A stretch of 64,000 nt of DNA from Macrostomum hystrix (GCA_950097015.1 CATNEN010000025.1:1860001-1924000), one strand, 5' to 3'; positions 1-13,611 are shown, counted from the stretch's first letter. The notes: generated from the sequence alone by a model not told the origin. Made by a program: numbers and translations.

Positions 1-3000
1 CTCGTCTGTCGCAGGGAAGATTATGACCTTAACAGATACTATGGGGGAGCGTCTCTGTCCGTCAGTTGCTTGCAGTTTGAAAGTATCATTGTTGTGTTCA
101 ACTCCACAATGGCGACTTTGAATCAGGAACACCAGACCATCGGCCAGCTGACGCTTCGTGAATTCTCGAACTGAAATTTCCCTTCCGCTTCTAAAAAATT
201 TAGAAAGTCAAGAAATAAAAATAGCTTCAATCGGAGTACAGGCAAATTTTGAAAAAAGTCAACTGAAGCTAAAATATTATTGCTATGTAGTAAGTATAAC
301 AGCAGGCAAATAAAAATAGGCTTACGGCAGCTTCAGTCGAATTTCTCCGTGCCGAGGTTGTTCCACTACAATTAGACGCAGGTCGTCCGCTTTTGTATCC
401 GGGTCAACTACGCGGATCAAGCTAACTGTGAGCGCCGTTCGACCGCCCTCCCTGACCAGCACCCGAGAGCCCTCCGACACCGCTGGCCCCTTGTTATCTA
501 CTGGGCGGATGGAAAACTCTAAACGGTGCGTCAGCCATTCCGCGCCATTGTAGATGTATAGCTGGCAAGTGTCTGTCACCGGATCGGCCCCGATTTCGCT
601 TCCAGTGTGCCGATACAGGACACGACCGGCGCTGAGATCCTCGTGACTGAACTGACTGACACTACTGCTGCTGGAAGAGGCAGCACTAGCACCCACAGAA
701 ACAAGAGCGATTTCACCTCGTATCGGGCGAGTCCCAACCAGGTAGGCTGTTTGTCTGACGCTGCTGGATTCGCTTCGAACCCTCGGCAGCATGAGGGGAG
801 ATAAACGGACGTTACCACCCTCCGGTACGAATACTGTATTGTTGATGAACTCGGCGGGCAAGTGCTCAGTTCGGGCCGTTGGGCCGGCCTCTTCCCCCTG
901 CGGCTGTTCTTGCTGTCGCTGTCGCTGATGCTGAGAGACAGCAGTGCCTTGTCCCGGCGTCGGCTGCAGTGGCTCGTTGATGTCAATGTTTATGGAGCAC
1001 TCGGGACCCATATTGCTTCCGTCAGTAGCGCGCACAATGAAGGAATCGTGATCGCTGAGTGAACCGTCGTGTTGGTATCTGGTTATTAAAAAAACATTTT
1101 TATATGTTTCGAACTATTTAGCGTCACAGCATCACAGCTTGGCATCCGATTTTGCTAACCTGACCCACGCTGAAAGCATACACGCGACGTTGATCTTGAG
1201 CTGTTGCATGTTTCTTTTCATTTTTTACGAGTAATGCATGCAGCTTGCGAACTAGTAGCCAGCTAAACTTAGCAAACAGGGTCATTTTGGGCTTAGTAAT
1301 ATTGCATTTTGACCACGCCCCAGGCATGCCAGACCGGGCCGCGTGTGCTAGTCAGTGAGTGTCTGCATGAAGTGGCGACTCTCAAGAGCTCTATAGCTAC
1401 CGCTTTAATTTTTTCTTTCCCACTGTCTACCGTGGATGGCTGCAGTTGTTGACTGATAGCTGGGACCGCCGAAGAGACTTGTGAGCTTCAAGCCTCACTT
1501 GGCTCGAGACTGCAGGTGATCTCTTCTCTTATAGTAATCATCTATATAGCCCAGAAGCAGTCTATTTAGATAGCCAAAGGAATATTTCTAAGGAGACACT
1601 GTACCAGTTGGATTGCTCAACGAGCAGTGAAAGGAGTTCTCATAATGGTTCTCATAGTGTATGCTTGCATGGGAAACTATGGAGTAACGAGTTTTCAATT
1701 CCGCACTGCCTCTGTATAACGGTCGTGACTGCTATTTTCATTTAAATTTACACTGCACAACATGCGCAATTTAGAACGGAAGGCGAGTTTGATGTGTTTT
1801 TTCTAATATACGCAGTTACTAGCTTTTTTCTCCGTGTCATTTTCATTTTAACTTGTAATAATTTGTCTTTGCCTTCCTCTGTACGTGAGACAAATTAATG
1901 CTAAAGCTTCTTTTTCAGGACATATGAGGTGCATGTGAGCCAACTAGAGTCTTAAAAATAAAACAGAAGTTATGATAAAAAATCACTAGACTGCGCAATA
2001 GTAACCCCAAACAAAAGCTACACAAAAAATAAAAGTGCTTTCCGGTTTGAGTGGGGTGCACTTACCTAACATCTCTGCGTCGTATCTGGTCCATATTGAG
2101 TCGCTCGCCGATCTCTATCGTTGTGTCCGCACGCATTAGTCGGCCAGAACTTGGAGCTCTGATTAGCATTAGCTCTAGCCGCTCCTGTCCTGTGTCCCCA
2201 TCCGATATCGTCAAATGACGAGCATCCAATGTCCGATGGCCACCCCGCACCAAGGAGAAAGCAGCTGCGGAAGCTTGACTTGTCTTGCAGGACTGTAGCT
2301 GAGGTCTTAGGTTATCAACGGGCTGCACAAAGAATGACAGTTTCAGTTGTCGAGCACGATTATGCAAAGCGTCAAACGGCTGCAAAATAACGTCCACCGC
2401 GCGTCCTATCTGACCGACGTCATTTAACGGAGGTACATATCTCATGTAGCCATTGTCAACGTCCTCCTGTGTGAACTGAGTCAGAGTAGAAATGTCTCGA
2501 GACACTGCCGATTGTGAAATTAAGCGTCTTGAGTCGATCAGGCGCCCAGCGTCTAAACTTATGTTGCCCCCAAATGAAGTAAAATATGGCTGCAAGAGTA
2601 CTTCGTATCCGACTAGCTTCGGTGGCAATCCTGCAGTGGCGTATTGAAGAATATCTCTTCCGATCTGCAGACCCTGTCGATGCGTCTCGAGCACTGAAGT
2701 AACGGTATGAAGGCGAGTCGATTTATTCTCTAGGGTGACATTTCTTAAAGGCTGTACACGGACTCGAATCACTAACTCTGTGAGATCTGGTCTTCCGTAC
2801 TGACGGAGCTTAATAAAATCCCACTGACTCGCTGGGCTATGAAAGTTTTGATAACATAATGTGCGCAAAAATAAGTCGGCAAGGGTTAGCGAGTCGACTG
2901 AGCGAGTTCTCTGCGCATTCTCTTCTGGTCCGTTCGATCTAGTAAGAACACCAGCAAGCGGTGCTTGTGTCACGTTGTATTTAAGCTGAACGCCGTCCGC

Positions 3001-4767
3001 TACTAAGTACTTCAGCGCACTTTCGTTAATTATTTCCTTTCCAATGCAGAATTTTCCAAGAGCTGAAACTCGGTAAGACACTTGCGATTTGAGCGACGAC
3101 ACCGCGTCCCAGTTTCGAATGACATGAATTGGCAGTTGCAAAGAGACGCGAACACCGCGAAACACGGCGCGCAGACCAATGCTATCGTATCTAGGCAGGT
3201 TTCCGTTGTGAATGTAAGCGATGCGAAACTTCCAGAAACGGACCAGTTTCCGGGAACTAAATGATCGAAAAGGTGCGCCATTCAGGGCCAAGCGGCCGCT
3301 GTAAGGGTCGCGCTTAACTCGGAAGCGAATGTTCTCCGCCCAACTGGCACTTTGCAAATTGTGCGGTCGCAACAGTGCTGTACCCCCAGTGCAAACTAGC
3401 ATGGGGCTGGTGAATAGCTGCAATCGTTTGTGCTGAACTGTACTGACTAGCCGCAAAGAAACCTCGGGACCTGCGCGCAGCATGGCGTCCAAGGGCCTAA
3501 GGCGTAGACGGAACTCAATTCTATCGGTCGTGGCGACACCCAAGACCTGCAGAGCTATATGACCTGAGCGAAGGTCAGAAAGTTCAAATGCTCCTAAAGC
3601 CATGGATCCCGGCTCTCTGATGTCCACCAGGGATGCATTGAGGCCTGGTGCTGCAACAATTGACAGCTCAAGAACTTCTACAACCAGATCAACGTCTCCA
3701 GCTCCGACCAGGTTTTTAGGCAGAGGGGCTGGCAGGCCGCCAGAGTGAGACATCTCAGAATATCGTCTGGAATCTCCTATTTGCAACTTGGGAAGTGGTA
3801 GCGGCGCACTAGCAGCAGAATTCGCTCGTTCTAACCTCACACTTAAGTAGAAATTCTCAAATTGTGTTTCAGTTCCGCTCGAACCGAATGGTAAGACTTG
3901 CACAGCAATCGGTAGATAGTCGAACTCCAGTCCCGTTTGGGTGCTGGTCTTTTCGTATTTGAACGCAGTCAGAAGGAACAGATGACAGTCGAGTCGAAAC
4001 TCTCTTGCCAGCTGCCCGCGATCATTCAACAAGCGACCGAACAGAGGCCAGCGCCGGAAGGTGCCGTGTCCCCTTCGGTGCTCAACTGTGCAGCGCTCAG
4101 ATAACGGATTATAAGCGAAGCGGATTGAATTAGAATCAATTGGCAGGGTGCGGCTTCCTGAGCCTTCCACGGCAAGCGGCGCGGGTCCGGCCAGAATGAG
4201 GCGACGTCCAGGAAATGCACCATCGGACAGATTGATTCGAACTTCCAGACGCAGTGGCACAACGAGCGTATTATTCTTTCCAAAGAAGTAATGCACCTGA
4301 AGGTGCACAGAATCCCGACGGCCAAACGGTGATCCTTCGTGCTCGTAGATGACATCGCCATCGCGGAAAAAACAGTCGAAAGTCTAGAATGCATCAAATT
4401 TTACATTATAAAGAGTTTCGATTCCTATGAGCGTTAGCAGTTACGAGTAGAAAGTATACTTTAGCATTTGTAATGTAAAGTATATGAAAAATCAAAGCCG
4501 AACCTTAGGCTTCAGCTGACCAACTGTTTGGCTGAGGCTGTCAGACCCGTCCACTTCAACTTTGCAAGTGCCGTCCAGAGCAGCCTGGTTGACGCCTAGA
4601 TGTCTCCAGCGGCTTAAATTAGCGCGTCTGCCCCGTGCAACATCGATTGGCTGCCGCGGGCCGTCAGCCAGAACGCGCGGCAGACGGTGACTGTCTTCTC
4701 CGGCGCCGACAGCAAGTAGCATCGACCAACACAGATAGAGCGCGACAAGTCCCGGACGCCTTGTCAT
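1..4767 (-). CDS. FREM1: FRAS1-related extracellular matrix protein (FREM1/2-like, CSPG/cadherin-like repeats), 5' part; runs off the left edge
   Basis: Exons reconstructed on the minus strand with GT-AG boundaries and consistent phase: 4767-4504 (signal peptide MTRRPGLVALYLCWSMLLAVGAG), 4383-2066, 1078-326, 190-<1. Translated joins (CKVEV..VGQLKPK|TFDCFF..YEHEGSP; VR|YQHDGS..DSFIVRATDG; YRHTGSEIG..DT; PVDNKGP..DPDTKADDL; QSRHCGVE..DTFKLQATDG) follow the FREM1 N-terminal/CSPG repeat order as recalled. The FREM1 versus FREM2 assignment is uncertain. Confidence 0.85.
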
Positions 4768-5383
4768 CTCGCCTGCAACGACAGTATTGTTAGGACCTGA
4801 TTGTGCAAACTTAAATTGACTTTGTACTGGTCGCTATGTTCTGCCAATAAATTGCTTTCTATGATATCCGAGGTAAAAAGTTTTTAAACTTTAAACATAT
4901 AGAGTCCATTACGGTCCTTACTATGGCGATGGCTCGAGATTGGTCGGGTTAGTTCCAGCCAATGGCCTGAGTTAAGAGCAAACTGCACATTTTTACTAGC
5001 TTTTTTACAATATTGCTACTTACAAGTTGAAAACTGCGAAAAAACTAAATCAGACATCGAATGTTAAAGCAAAAAAGTAGAGCGTAAGAGTTGGCTAAGT
5101 TGCTAACGAAATTAATAAATCAATTAAGAAATTTATTTTTAATTAGCCGATCAATAATATTTTGACAATGACAAGATTCGTGTCCAAGCCCTAAATACGC
5201 TACTGATGGCGGTAGCAATTGAATTCAAAGGTTTAAATTTATGTTTCGAAACTAATGTGTACTCAAAACACTACTTTGAAAGGAAATGTAAAGATTTCAT
5301 TATGAATGTTTATGAATCATTCGAAAGAAACAAACTAAATTTATTCAAGCAATTCTTGGAAATATATCTATCTATAGATAGAG

Positions 5384-5655
5384 AGGTTGTAGCCTAGTGG
5401 TTAGGGCGTCGGACTCACGACTTGAAGGTCGGGGGTTCGATTCCAGACTCCACTGCAACTATTTGTGTCCTTTAGCAAGACACTTAACTCTACATTGCTT
5501 CAGTTCTCTCAGCTGTTAATAATTAATGTGGATGTGGCGTCTCCCCAGTCCATGGACTGAACAGCCGTACGCAGCCTTCAGATGCGCCGCGCAATAGCTG
5601 CGGCTGTGCTGTCGGCTGCACATCTGGCCCAATTGGGGCAGGTGTAATCCATTAT
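5384..5655 (+). mobile_element. tRNA-derived SINE family 1 (CORE-like central block), near full length
   Basis: A-box (tagcctagtggtta) and B-box (ggttcgattcc) tRNA-like head, then tgtgtcctttagcaagacacttaactc...gcttcagttc (CORE-like), then a conserved 3' block gtccatggactgaacagccgtacgcagcc...ggctgcacatctggccc that recurs elsewhere in the window. Confidence 0.85.
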
Positions 5656-6355
5656 AATTTATTTATTTATTAATCAAAAAATGGTTTATCCAGGAAAATA
5701 TTTGAGTAGTTGTAACATTTTTAGCAAAAAGTTACTCAAAAAGTAAAGAAGGAGCTCTTTAGACGGCTTTAGACGGCCTGACAAAATTTAAATCTCTGTC
5801 ATTCCGGTTCGTAGAAATTCAAGTTTTCTCGCATTTTCTACCAATTATCCAACTGGGAACGAGCGTAGAATGGCTAAATTGTCATTGACGCGTTCGAAAA
5901 CATTGTCCAGTATGGTTTAATGATAATAGCTCGAAAGTGATAGATACTCACCTAGTCTCGCAGCGAAGATCTACAGTTGCTCTGATGCAGAACTAGATGT
6001 CGGATAAAACCGTAAATGAATCGATTCAAGTCGGCAAAATTGTGCTCGCCACCGTTTGCGCGTTTTTTTATTCTCCGTGGTCCGCACACATGCAGCTTGA
6101 CCCCAACGGCAGCCTCGGGCTAGAGCTGTCAATATTTGGCGTAAATCTTGCTGAGTCAACAAACCAGGCTTTGTTGAGCAGGGGCAAAGTATGCTGTTCG
6201 AAGTGACTTCCAGAGTGCTCAAGCTTAAACACTCTCTGGATATAAGAATAGGAGAGTCACATCAGCAGGTAACTGACATTCTAAATTATATGCTCATGTT
6301 TCTCGGCTTCTAAAGCGTGTGTTTTCTTATAACCCGTACATTAGAGTTTTGGACT

Positions 6356-6584
<229 letters not shown>

Positions 6585-6983
6585 TTTTATTTGTCGTTAG
6601 GTTTATGAAAAAGTTTAGAATCTTCCTCGCCTTTTTTGGTGCAGATCATTGCGGGTTCATGGCTCCGCCCATGTCTCGCCCACGTGGCACCACCAACCCC
6701 ATTCAGCCCTGATCCTGAGCATGACGTGAGTCCTGACTGATCTGTGGGCGTCAGTGACAGCATAGCTGGCTCCAAGCTGGGGCTGTAAATACTGGCACCC
6801 GCATTCCAAGTCGTTGACGAGCAGCAGCGGCAGCAGCAACGGCACCGGATCTGAGACGAGCTCACTTAGAAGGCCGCGCCCACGCGTTTGGCCTCGAGAT
6901 TAGTCTGGGATGCTGGCTGATTGAGAGATGATGACCGGGGCTGACGCCTGATTCTGCAGTTCCTCTCCTGCTGGCGCGGAGTT

Positions 6984-7020
6984 TATAAATACGAGCGGTA
7001 TCGAGGATGCGCTTTCAATT
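6984..7020 (+). promoter_or_regulatory. TATA box (TATAAATA, 6984-6991) and initiator-like TCAATT about 30 bp downstream, upstream of the small secreted-peptide gene
   Basis: Canonical TATA-Inr spacing about 100 bp before ATG 7088. Confidence 0.55.
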
Positions 7021-7087
7021 CCCAGAGCCAGTAGTTGACTAACCGTTTCAGCGCTGTTGAGTCTAGGTAACAGAGCAGGTAACAGGC

Positions 7088-7466
7088 ATGAATGCCCTAT
7101 TTATTGCCACACTTTGCCTACTTGGGGTGGTTGCTACCTCTGCCGCCGGTGTTCTGCCCCTGGAGGGTTCCGTCCTGGTAGCCCCAGATGACGCCAAAGA
7201 CATCTCGGTATTCAAGCGTCTGGCTGGTACAACAAGGTGTAAGGCTTACACTAGCGTACTTGTTTGTGAATGCAATCTGTCTGTTAATCTGCGTGATTTG
7301 TTTTTTTATTTACTGAATACATTCGCTGCTTTCAGACAACGTGGAGAAAAGCTGGAATGTAATCTGCACCCTCTACTGCCGGCTGCAGGGCCGTCTCTAC
7401 TCGCATCGCTGCATCAGGAACTACTCAAGCCAGCGCCTAGCCGAGCGCTGCCCGTGTTTCTGCTAG
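7088..7466 (+). CDS. Secreted cysteine-rich cationic prepropeptide, defensin-like (93 aa, two exons)
   Basis: join(7088..7238,7336..7466), with a phase-1 intron GTAAGG...TTTCAG. Protein: MNALFIATLCLLGVVATSAAGVLPLEGSVLVAPDDAKDISVFKR-LAGTTRYNVEKSWNVICTLYCRLQGRLYSHRCIRNYSSQRLAERCPCFC*. It has a signal peptide, an acidic pro-piece, a KR site and six cysteines. Confidence 0.75.
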
Positions 7467-8022
7467 AAAATTGTTCCGACAAAAGACTGACGCCTTGACC
7501 TTTGGTTCAGCAATCCATAAATTTAGGCTTCTATGTCGTAACTCCTATAACAACTGATGGAGACAAGCTCGAATTAACTAAATTTAGGAGTTGCGATTGT
7601 TGGAGTTCACAACAATATATATATTTGGCACTTAAGTGGCACTAATACTTGAAACTACTTCCCAGTAGTACGAGCCGACAACTCCTTGTTTATGGATAAG
7701 ATCAATTTATAGAGAATCATAAATATTTATTTATATGTACATCTTCATGACATCGGGTCTATGAGAGCTGTAGCTTTTTTCTTTTTTCGATCCTACTGAT
7801 GGCAAGTCAAAAAGCAGATAATAAATATGCATGTACACCCTTTCGAAAAAAGCGAAAATAACTTTGAGAAATAGCTTTTCTCTCGTTTGTTCTTTCTTAT
7901 TGCAATGCAAACATAACATTCCGACGGACCTAGATGTGTATGCAAGAGGGTTTCAATTTTAAAAGCATATTCACTGCAGTTATTACAGTAAAACAAAGAA
8001 GAAACAATTGTCAAGAAAAGGG

Positions 8023-8340
8023 GCTCGGTGGCAGAGCGGCTAACGCGTTTGCCTCTCGCACCAAGGTCCCTAAGTTCGATTCCGCGGCGAGGCCACATTC
8101 ATTTTGGGCGCAGCCGCGGAGAGAAGGCTTGGGGGCTTGTCGTGCAATTTATGCCCTTGAGGGTCAACCACCAAGGCGCAGTGACTCTCACTGTCAGGGC
8201 AGAGAGGTCAGGGCAGATTTCACCTGTGTGAGCTCGTGCCTGTTTACGGTATCTGTGTGCATATGTGCTCAGGAGTCAGCGAAACGGGCAGAATGGCCTC
8301 CTTGCTGGCTGCAGGTATAGTGTCACCAAATAATGTCACT
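8023..8340 (+). mobile_element. tRNA-derived SINE family 2
   Basis: Head ggctcggtggcagagcggctaacgcg...aagttcgattccgcggcgagg. A reverse-complement copy lies at about 30740-31052 and a fragment at about 36720-36810. Confidence 0.75.
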
Positions 8341-8476
8341 GTATGCAGCCCTCATTATTATACCAAGTATTATTTTTATTATTGTCAAGAACAAGCCTTT
8401 ATCTACAATATCCTCCAGGTATCCTCCAAGCATTAACAGCAAGACAAGCAAGCCATATTGCCGCCCGTTTTTATAC

Positions 8477-9020
8477 CAAGGGGGAACCCAAAGTAATTTT
8501 TTGGCAGCGCCTGAATGCTAACAGCGTTGGGTGGTGACTGATTGGTTGACAGACTAGGCGATAGTGTACTGTGGTTGAGCTGCGCCTAATATTCTGGGTT
8601 GAGAAGTGAATCGGGAAAATTTGCGTCAGGGTGTCCATAGTGGCCTATCTGCACCTGTTGTAGCCCTTGAAGGCCAAGCAGTCCGTCTAGGTAAAGGTAG
8701 GTGACCACCGAAGACGGAGATGATGCAGGCACATTTGAGTGACAATGCTCATCAATTTTGAAGGCCTGGCAAGGCCTCACTGAGGCGCAGTGCTAATTCG
8801 TGTTATTGGGGTGATCAAGTACACTAGTGCCTATGGCAAAAATCTGACCTTCTGCCAGAACCATTGAATATCTCGACGGTCTGAAGAGCTGGCGACAATT
8901 AATTCTTGTTTCAAAAGTTGCGCAACAGAAATTTGACCCGTGTTCTTGAGTTTCGTGTGCTTGAGTTGCTCCGTTCGGGTGCAGCACAAAAAACTGTCAG
9001 GGGTAGGGGGAAGAATTCCC
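8477..9020 (-). mobile_element. MITE, copy of the TA-flanked CCAAGGGGGG family
   Basis: Reverse-complement similarity along its length to 19584-20046 and 49279-49770; one end is degraded. Confidence 0.75.
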
Positions 9021-12000
9021 TCTTTAAGGCTCCTGAGCACATACGAAAACCCCCTTCGTTTTTCTACTGTTAAAGAGATGCACCAAGGGGATACTCTACT
9101 GTATTAATCTTTTTGTTTGACTAAAGATTCCGAGATATACTTGCAACTACACAGAATTATAGGAGTAATGAACTCTTGACACGCCTGCGAAAGAATTATC
9201 TTTAAAAATGTTACGGTTCAGAATTTATGGGATTCTTCGTGCATGTAGGAGCAAGCTAGCCTCCTATAAAAAATACATGGCCATAGACTATAGCGTCCTA
9301 TTCTTAACTATAGATTAAGTTGTCCGCCAAGGACTACGAAACAGCACATTACCCTAGCATTTTGTGTACATTTTTTAAAAGGCTGGCAAAATTATGTGTC
9401 TATGGCTGATTCCACACAACCTCAATATATAAGTCTTTCATTTTTTAAGTGTCCTTAGCTTTTTATTTGCTTCATTATTATATTTACATGGTGTTTAGTA
9501 TAGTCCTTGCATATAATGCAAGTTAATGGGCTTGAAAATTGCGAGAAAAATTGAGATGCAAAATCAGCCTTCTGTGTTTAAGAAAAAAGGTGCAAAATGG
9601 ACGCGAGATATATATGCTACCGTATGTATACGGTATTCAGTGTTCGCTAAACATCTATAGCGCTTCGAGTTTTATGTCTCTTCTTAACTTGTAGTTTTCC
9701 TATAATAATTGTCTAGCGGTTTATTGCAGTCTAAAAGTCTTGAAGGCTATAACTCCTAACGACTATCGATACTCAGTATACCGGCTGGCGGTTGTGATCT
9801 CTCTGGATCGTTGTCTCAGATTCTGCTTAAGAAAGAACGCAAACACAATGATTTTCTAGCAAGTTTATCTAAACGGAGCTCAAAAATTAAGTGAGTCTCT
9901 AACTAACTCGCGCGGCGGATCTTTTTCCGCACTCCGCACCGATATATATCTTTAAAAACCCCTCGATCCGAGGGGAGGCAATACCGTAGCAACAGTACGC
10001 ATGAGAATTTGGGGTGAGTGAGGTCGCAGCCTCGAGTCTAGTACAGTTATTGTCATTAAACTACGAGTTGGTTGGCAGGCACGCCAACCCCTTTTCTATG
10101 GAGGGTGGGGAAAAGTCCTGAAAATACCTTAGTTGAGTTAGCATTCGTTCCCCTTTCTACTGAGATCTCTTTCCTACTGTTAATTATCCCCTTTCCTTTC
10201 ATCGATCCAGTCTTCTTGTGCGGTCCCGGCCTCCTCCAGATCTCGTTCCCGATCGGGTCCGGGCGGCTCCGGCCAGTTTCGGCTGGGTTGGGTTGATGCA
10301 GGCAGCTGCAGGTCGGGACAGGCCGAGTTGATTCCGGCAGCTCCACGTCAGCGCAGCTGCGGGTCCGGTCTCGGGCCGTTCCACGGCAGCACAGCTGCGG
10401 GTCCGGTCTCAGGCAGTTCCACGTCAGCACAGCTGCTGTCGATCATGCCGAACCGGGTTTGTGCTGAAATGATTAAGTGATCTCGGGGCGGATTTTGTCT
10501 AATCATTCTCCTTTCAGTTGCTCGCCCTCTCTGCTCTTGCTATTTTTAGTTTAGTTTCCTACTAGCGCTTACTTGAATTCCCTTCAGATTTCTGAGTCTT
10601 ATATCATCGATCGAACAAAGACACGACAAACGTAAATTTGATGTCACCGAATGCCCTGAAAGAAATAAAAGAGTTTTGAATTTTTTTTACCAGTTTTATT
10701 TTAATATAAATGACCAGAATATAATATAAATTTTATTTACATTTATATAAATTAAAAAAACTTACGTTTATTTATTATATTTTTATAAGACAATCGTGTG
10801 ATTTTGAATTTTGTAGTATATGCAATTAAATTATTTTTGCACACAGCACACAGGCCACGAGTAGCCCGACCCTAAAAGCCCAATAAGCACGAAATTAAAG
10901 ATGATCAGTTTAGGCTCTCTAAAAGGTATAATATCATAAAGTTTATTAGCGTAGTGTTTAGCGTAGGTTTTACTGGACTACAAGCACAACTTTTATCTTG
11001 ATGAAGCAGTACGAGTAACTAGCAAAATAATTAGTTATTTATTACATATATCAAGTTCATAATTTTGGCTAGCTTAGTAATAGATAAAAATATTTTAATT
11101 CACAAAAGACACATTGCATTAGAAACCTATTTATTTGTCAAGCTTATTTACTTTGTGACTAAATTCACGAAGTTAATAATCAATAATTAACACTTCTCGT
11201 CATAAGATTAAGCCTACAAGATGTGTTAAGACTTCATCTGTACCGAAGGCAAAAGTTCTAAATTGACATGATTCTTAAAAATAATTACTGCAGTCTTGAC
11301 AATTCACTATATCATATCGTCATTGACTAGGCCTATTATCATTCACTTTGAAGGGAACTAGACCCTAGTTTTGTCTGATATTTGATTGCAAATTATGTAG
11401 CTGTTGGGCTAGGCCTAATTAAAGACTTTTAGCATTCAATTCAACCTTGTACCTAATCTTTAAAATTATATTATTTACAAGTCTTACTTATTTAAGTATT
11501 TAACACATTTAAGTATACTGTTGTAGCTAGGGCCTAGGGGCCTATTGAAGTGTAATATTTTATTGTGTGTAATAATATCTGTAAATAAAGACTTAGGCCT
11601 AACACTCTGCAATGTGACTATGCCCCTATTGCCACTGTTTTCCTGTATTGTACTATGCCATTAACTTTCAGACTACAGCTTTGGTACTATGAGAGTAGCT
11701 AAGCCTTATTGAAAGTTTTGCACAAAGTTCATGGATATGCACCAAAATCTATAAAATTTTGGCTCTAAAGAGTGCCACACCAAGCTAACAACAGCTTTTG
11801 CCTATGCATCCCTATAGGAAAAAGTGATATTGTGGTGCTGTGCCAAGCCATGCTACCCAACCCTATTGGAATAAATGTTGGAAACCCATGGACACACACT
11901 TTATAATTAAGAAAGATTGAGAAAGGTGTGCTTTTGCCTAGCGCCACCCTATGGTCAAGAAGGTGCACTGTTTATACCATTGTGTTAAACTGTTTGTGCC

Positions 12001-13611
12001 TGTCTTTGTGGCCAGTCCATGCCTCTTTCTACTGGATGCTCAAGTCTTTTGAGTAGCAGTTAAGTAGGAAAAGTGTGCATAGCACCTACATGTGTGCTAC
12101 GCTTTAGAATAATCTGAAAAGTGTGGTAGATGCCATCCACGGATTGTCAATTTTTTCCAATAGGGCTACCCAATCATGTGTCAAGCTAACCAGAATTTTC
12201 TTTAAATTGTTGGACATGAGTACTTAAATATATCACTTTTTCCTATCAGGCAGCTAAGGCCTGATCATTGGCACAGAAGATTAGATGCATAGGCTCTGTA
12301 TCTTACAGGGATAGTCATAATTTTACTAGGCCTAACTACTAAGTATATGTTTGTACAAAACAATTTACAACCAGTGACTACTTGACTACTTGAACACTAT
12401 ATTTCAAATGAATTTGTAATGTGTCTATGGCAACAAATATGAATCAGAAGGCCTAAATTATAAGTACATACATTATGGTTGAGATTTTTTTGAAGTTTGG
12501 CCCTACACATTATTTAAAACATATGTACAAAATGAATAACAATGTATAGTTAGTTTCAAATTAGATCATTATTAGAAATGTTAAAAGAAATATATATAAA
12601 TAGATTGTTAAATAATGTGCATAGAAATTTGAAGTATTCACAAAATTGATATACTTATTTTGATGAAAATGGCGTTAACAAAAAATATAAATGCTAATAT
12701 TTTATTACTTATAATCACAATTTGCTAGTATTTTTTGTGACTACATGCTATAGTTTATAATATGTATATATTATTTCTTATTTGTTGTCACTTACATTTA
12801 GTGAAACTTAAGTAGGTCTAGTAAATTAGGTTTAAAACATTTTTCTAAGCATATTCCCTATTAATCTGACTGTTCAACCTTCATTGTCTTTTCATTATTG
12901 TAGGATTTTCCTGTCTCAGCTTATCTTTGCTAATTATTATTCTTTTTACTTTATATACAGGAGTATAAATAGGATCTTATCATACCTTTAACATGATACC
13001 TTTAAAATGAATAAAAAATAAAATGCTTTATAATATAAATTTTTAAATGCTGTTAATAGCTAATAAGTAGAATACGTGAAACATTTGGATAGATACATGC
13101 ATTACAATAATAACACATCAAATTTTTTTTGTTAATTTAACAGTTTGGGCCTTTGTGCTTACTGATGAATGGCTATTGCTAGAAACAAAATATTCAGTAA
13201 CCTACAGAAGGACCTACTCATTTCTACTGAAAAAATATGCTAATTAGATGATAGAAGAAATAATGCATTAAAGTAGCTATTAAGTTTGCATAGTTTTTCA
13301 GCAGTAAAACTTTTTTCTATTTAGATAAAATTTTCTTTCAAATTTATTTAGTTTCTTTTTTTTTCACCAGTCAGTTAGGACTGGAATTATTATTTGTACT
13401 TTTAAAAGTTTTTTTTAGTTTTTGGATGTCTTGGGTTAACCTGTTCTTCGCCCTGCCCAATTTTCTAGTATTTTGATTTTTAAGCAAGTCACTTTCACAA
13501 CGCACTTTCAACACACTTTGCTTCATTCAGTCCAGGCAGTTCGCGCCACTGAGTCAGTCAGTCAGGCAGGCATTCGATTCGCTCTACTAAAATCTGCAAT
13601 CCGTTAAGCAA

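Noticed and set aside
5384-5455. Functional tRNA genes at SINE heads (also 8023, 17134, 37070, 46975)
   Set aside because: A and B boxes are present but the acceptor stems do not close, and each runs into the shared SINE body.
6587-6865. Minus-strand ORFs upstream of the peptide gene
   Set aside because: No real ATG context, splice structure or motif; more simply the GC-rich upstream regulatory region of the 7088 gene.
10051-10628. Solo LTR (TGT...ACA)
   Set aside because: No target-site duplication at the candidate ends and no PBS/PPT-flanked internal region.
13162-13186. Hammerhead-like CTGATGA...GAAAC
   Set aside because: The base pair closing stem II is A-A and no valid stem I/III with an NUH cleavage site can be drawn. 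A similar CTGATGA near 31257 lacks GAAA.
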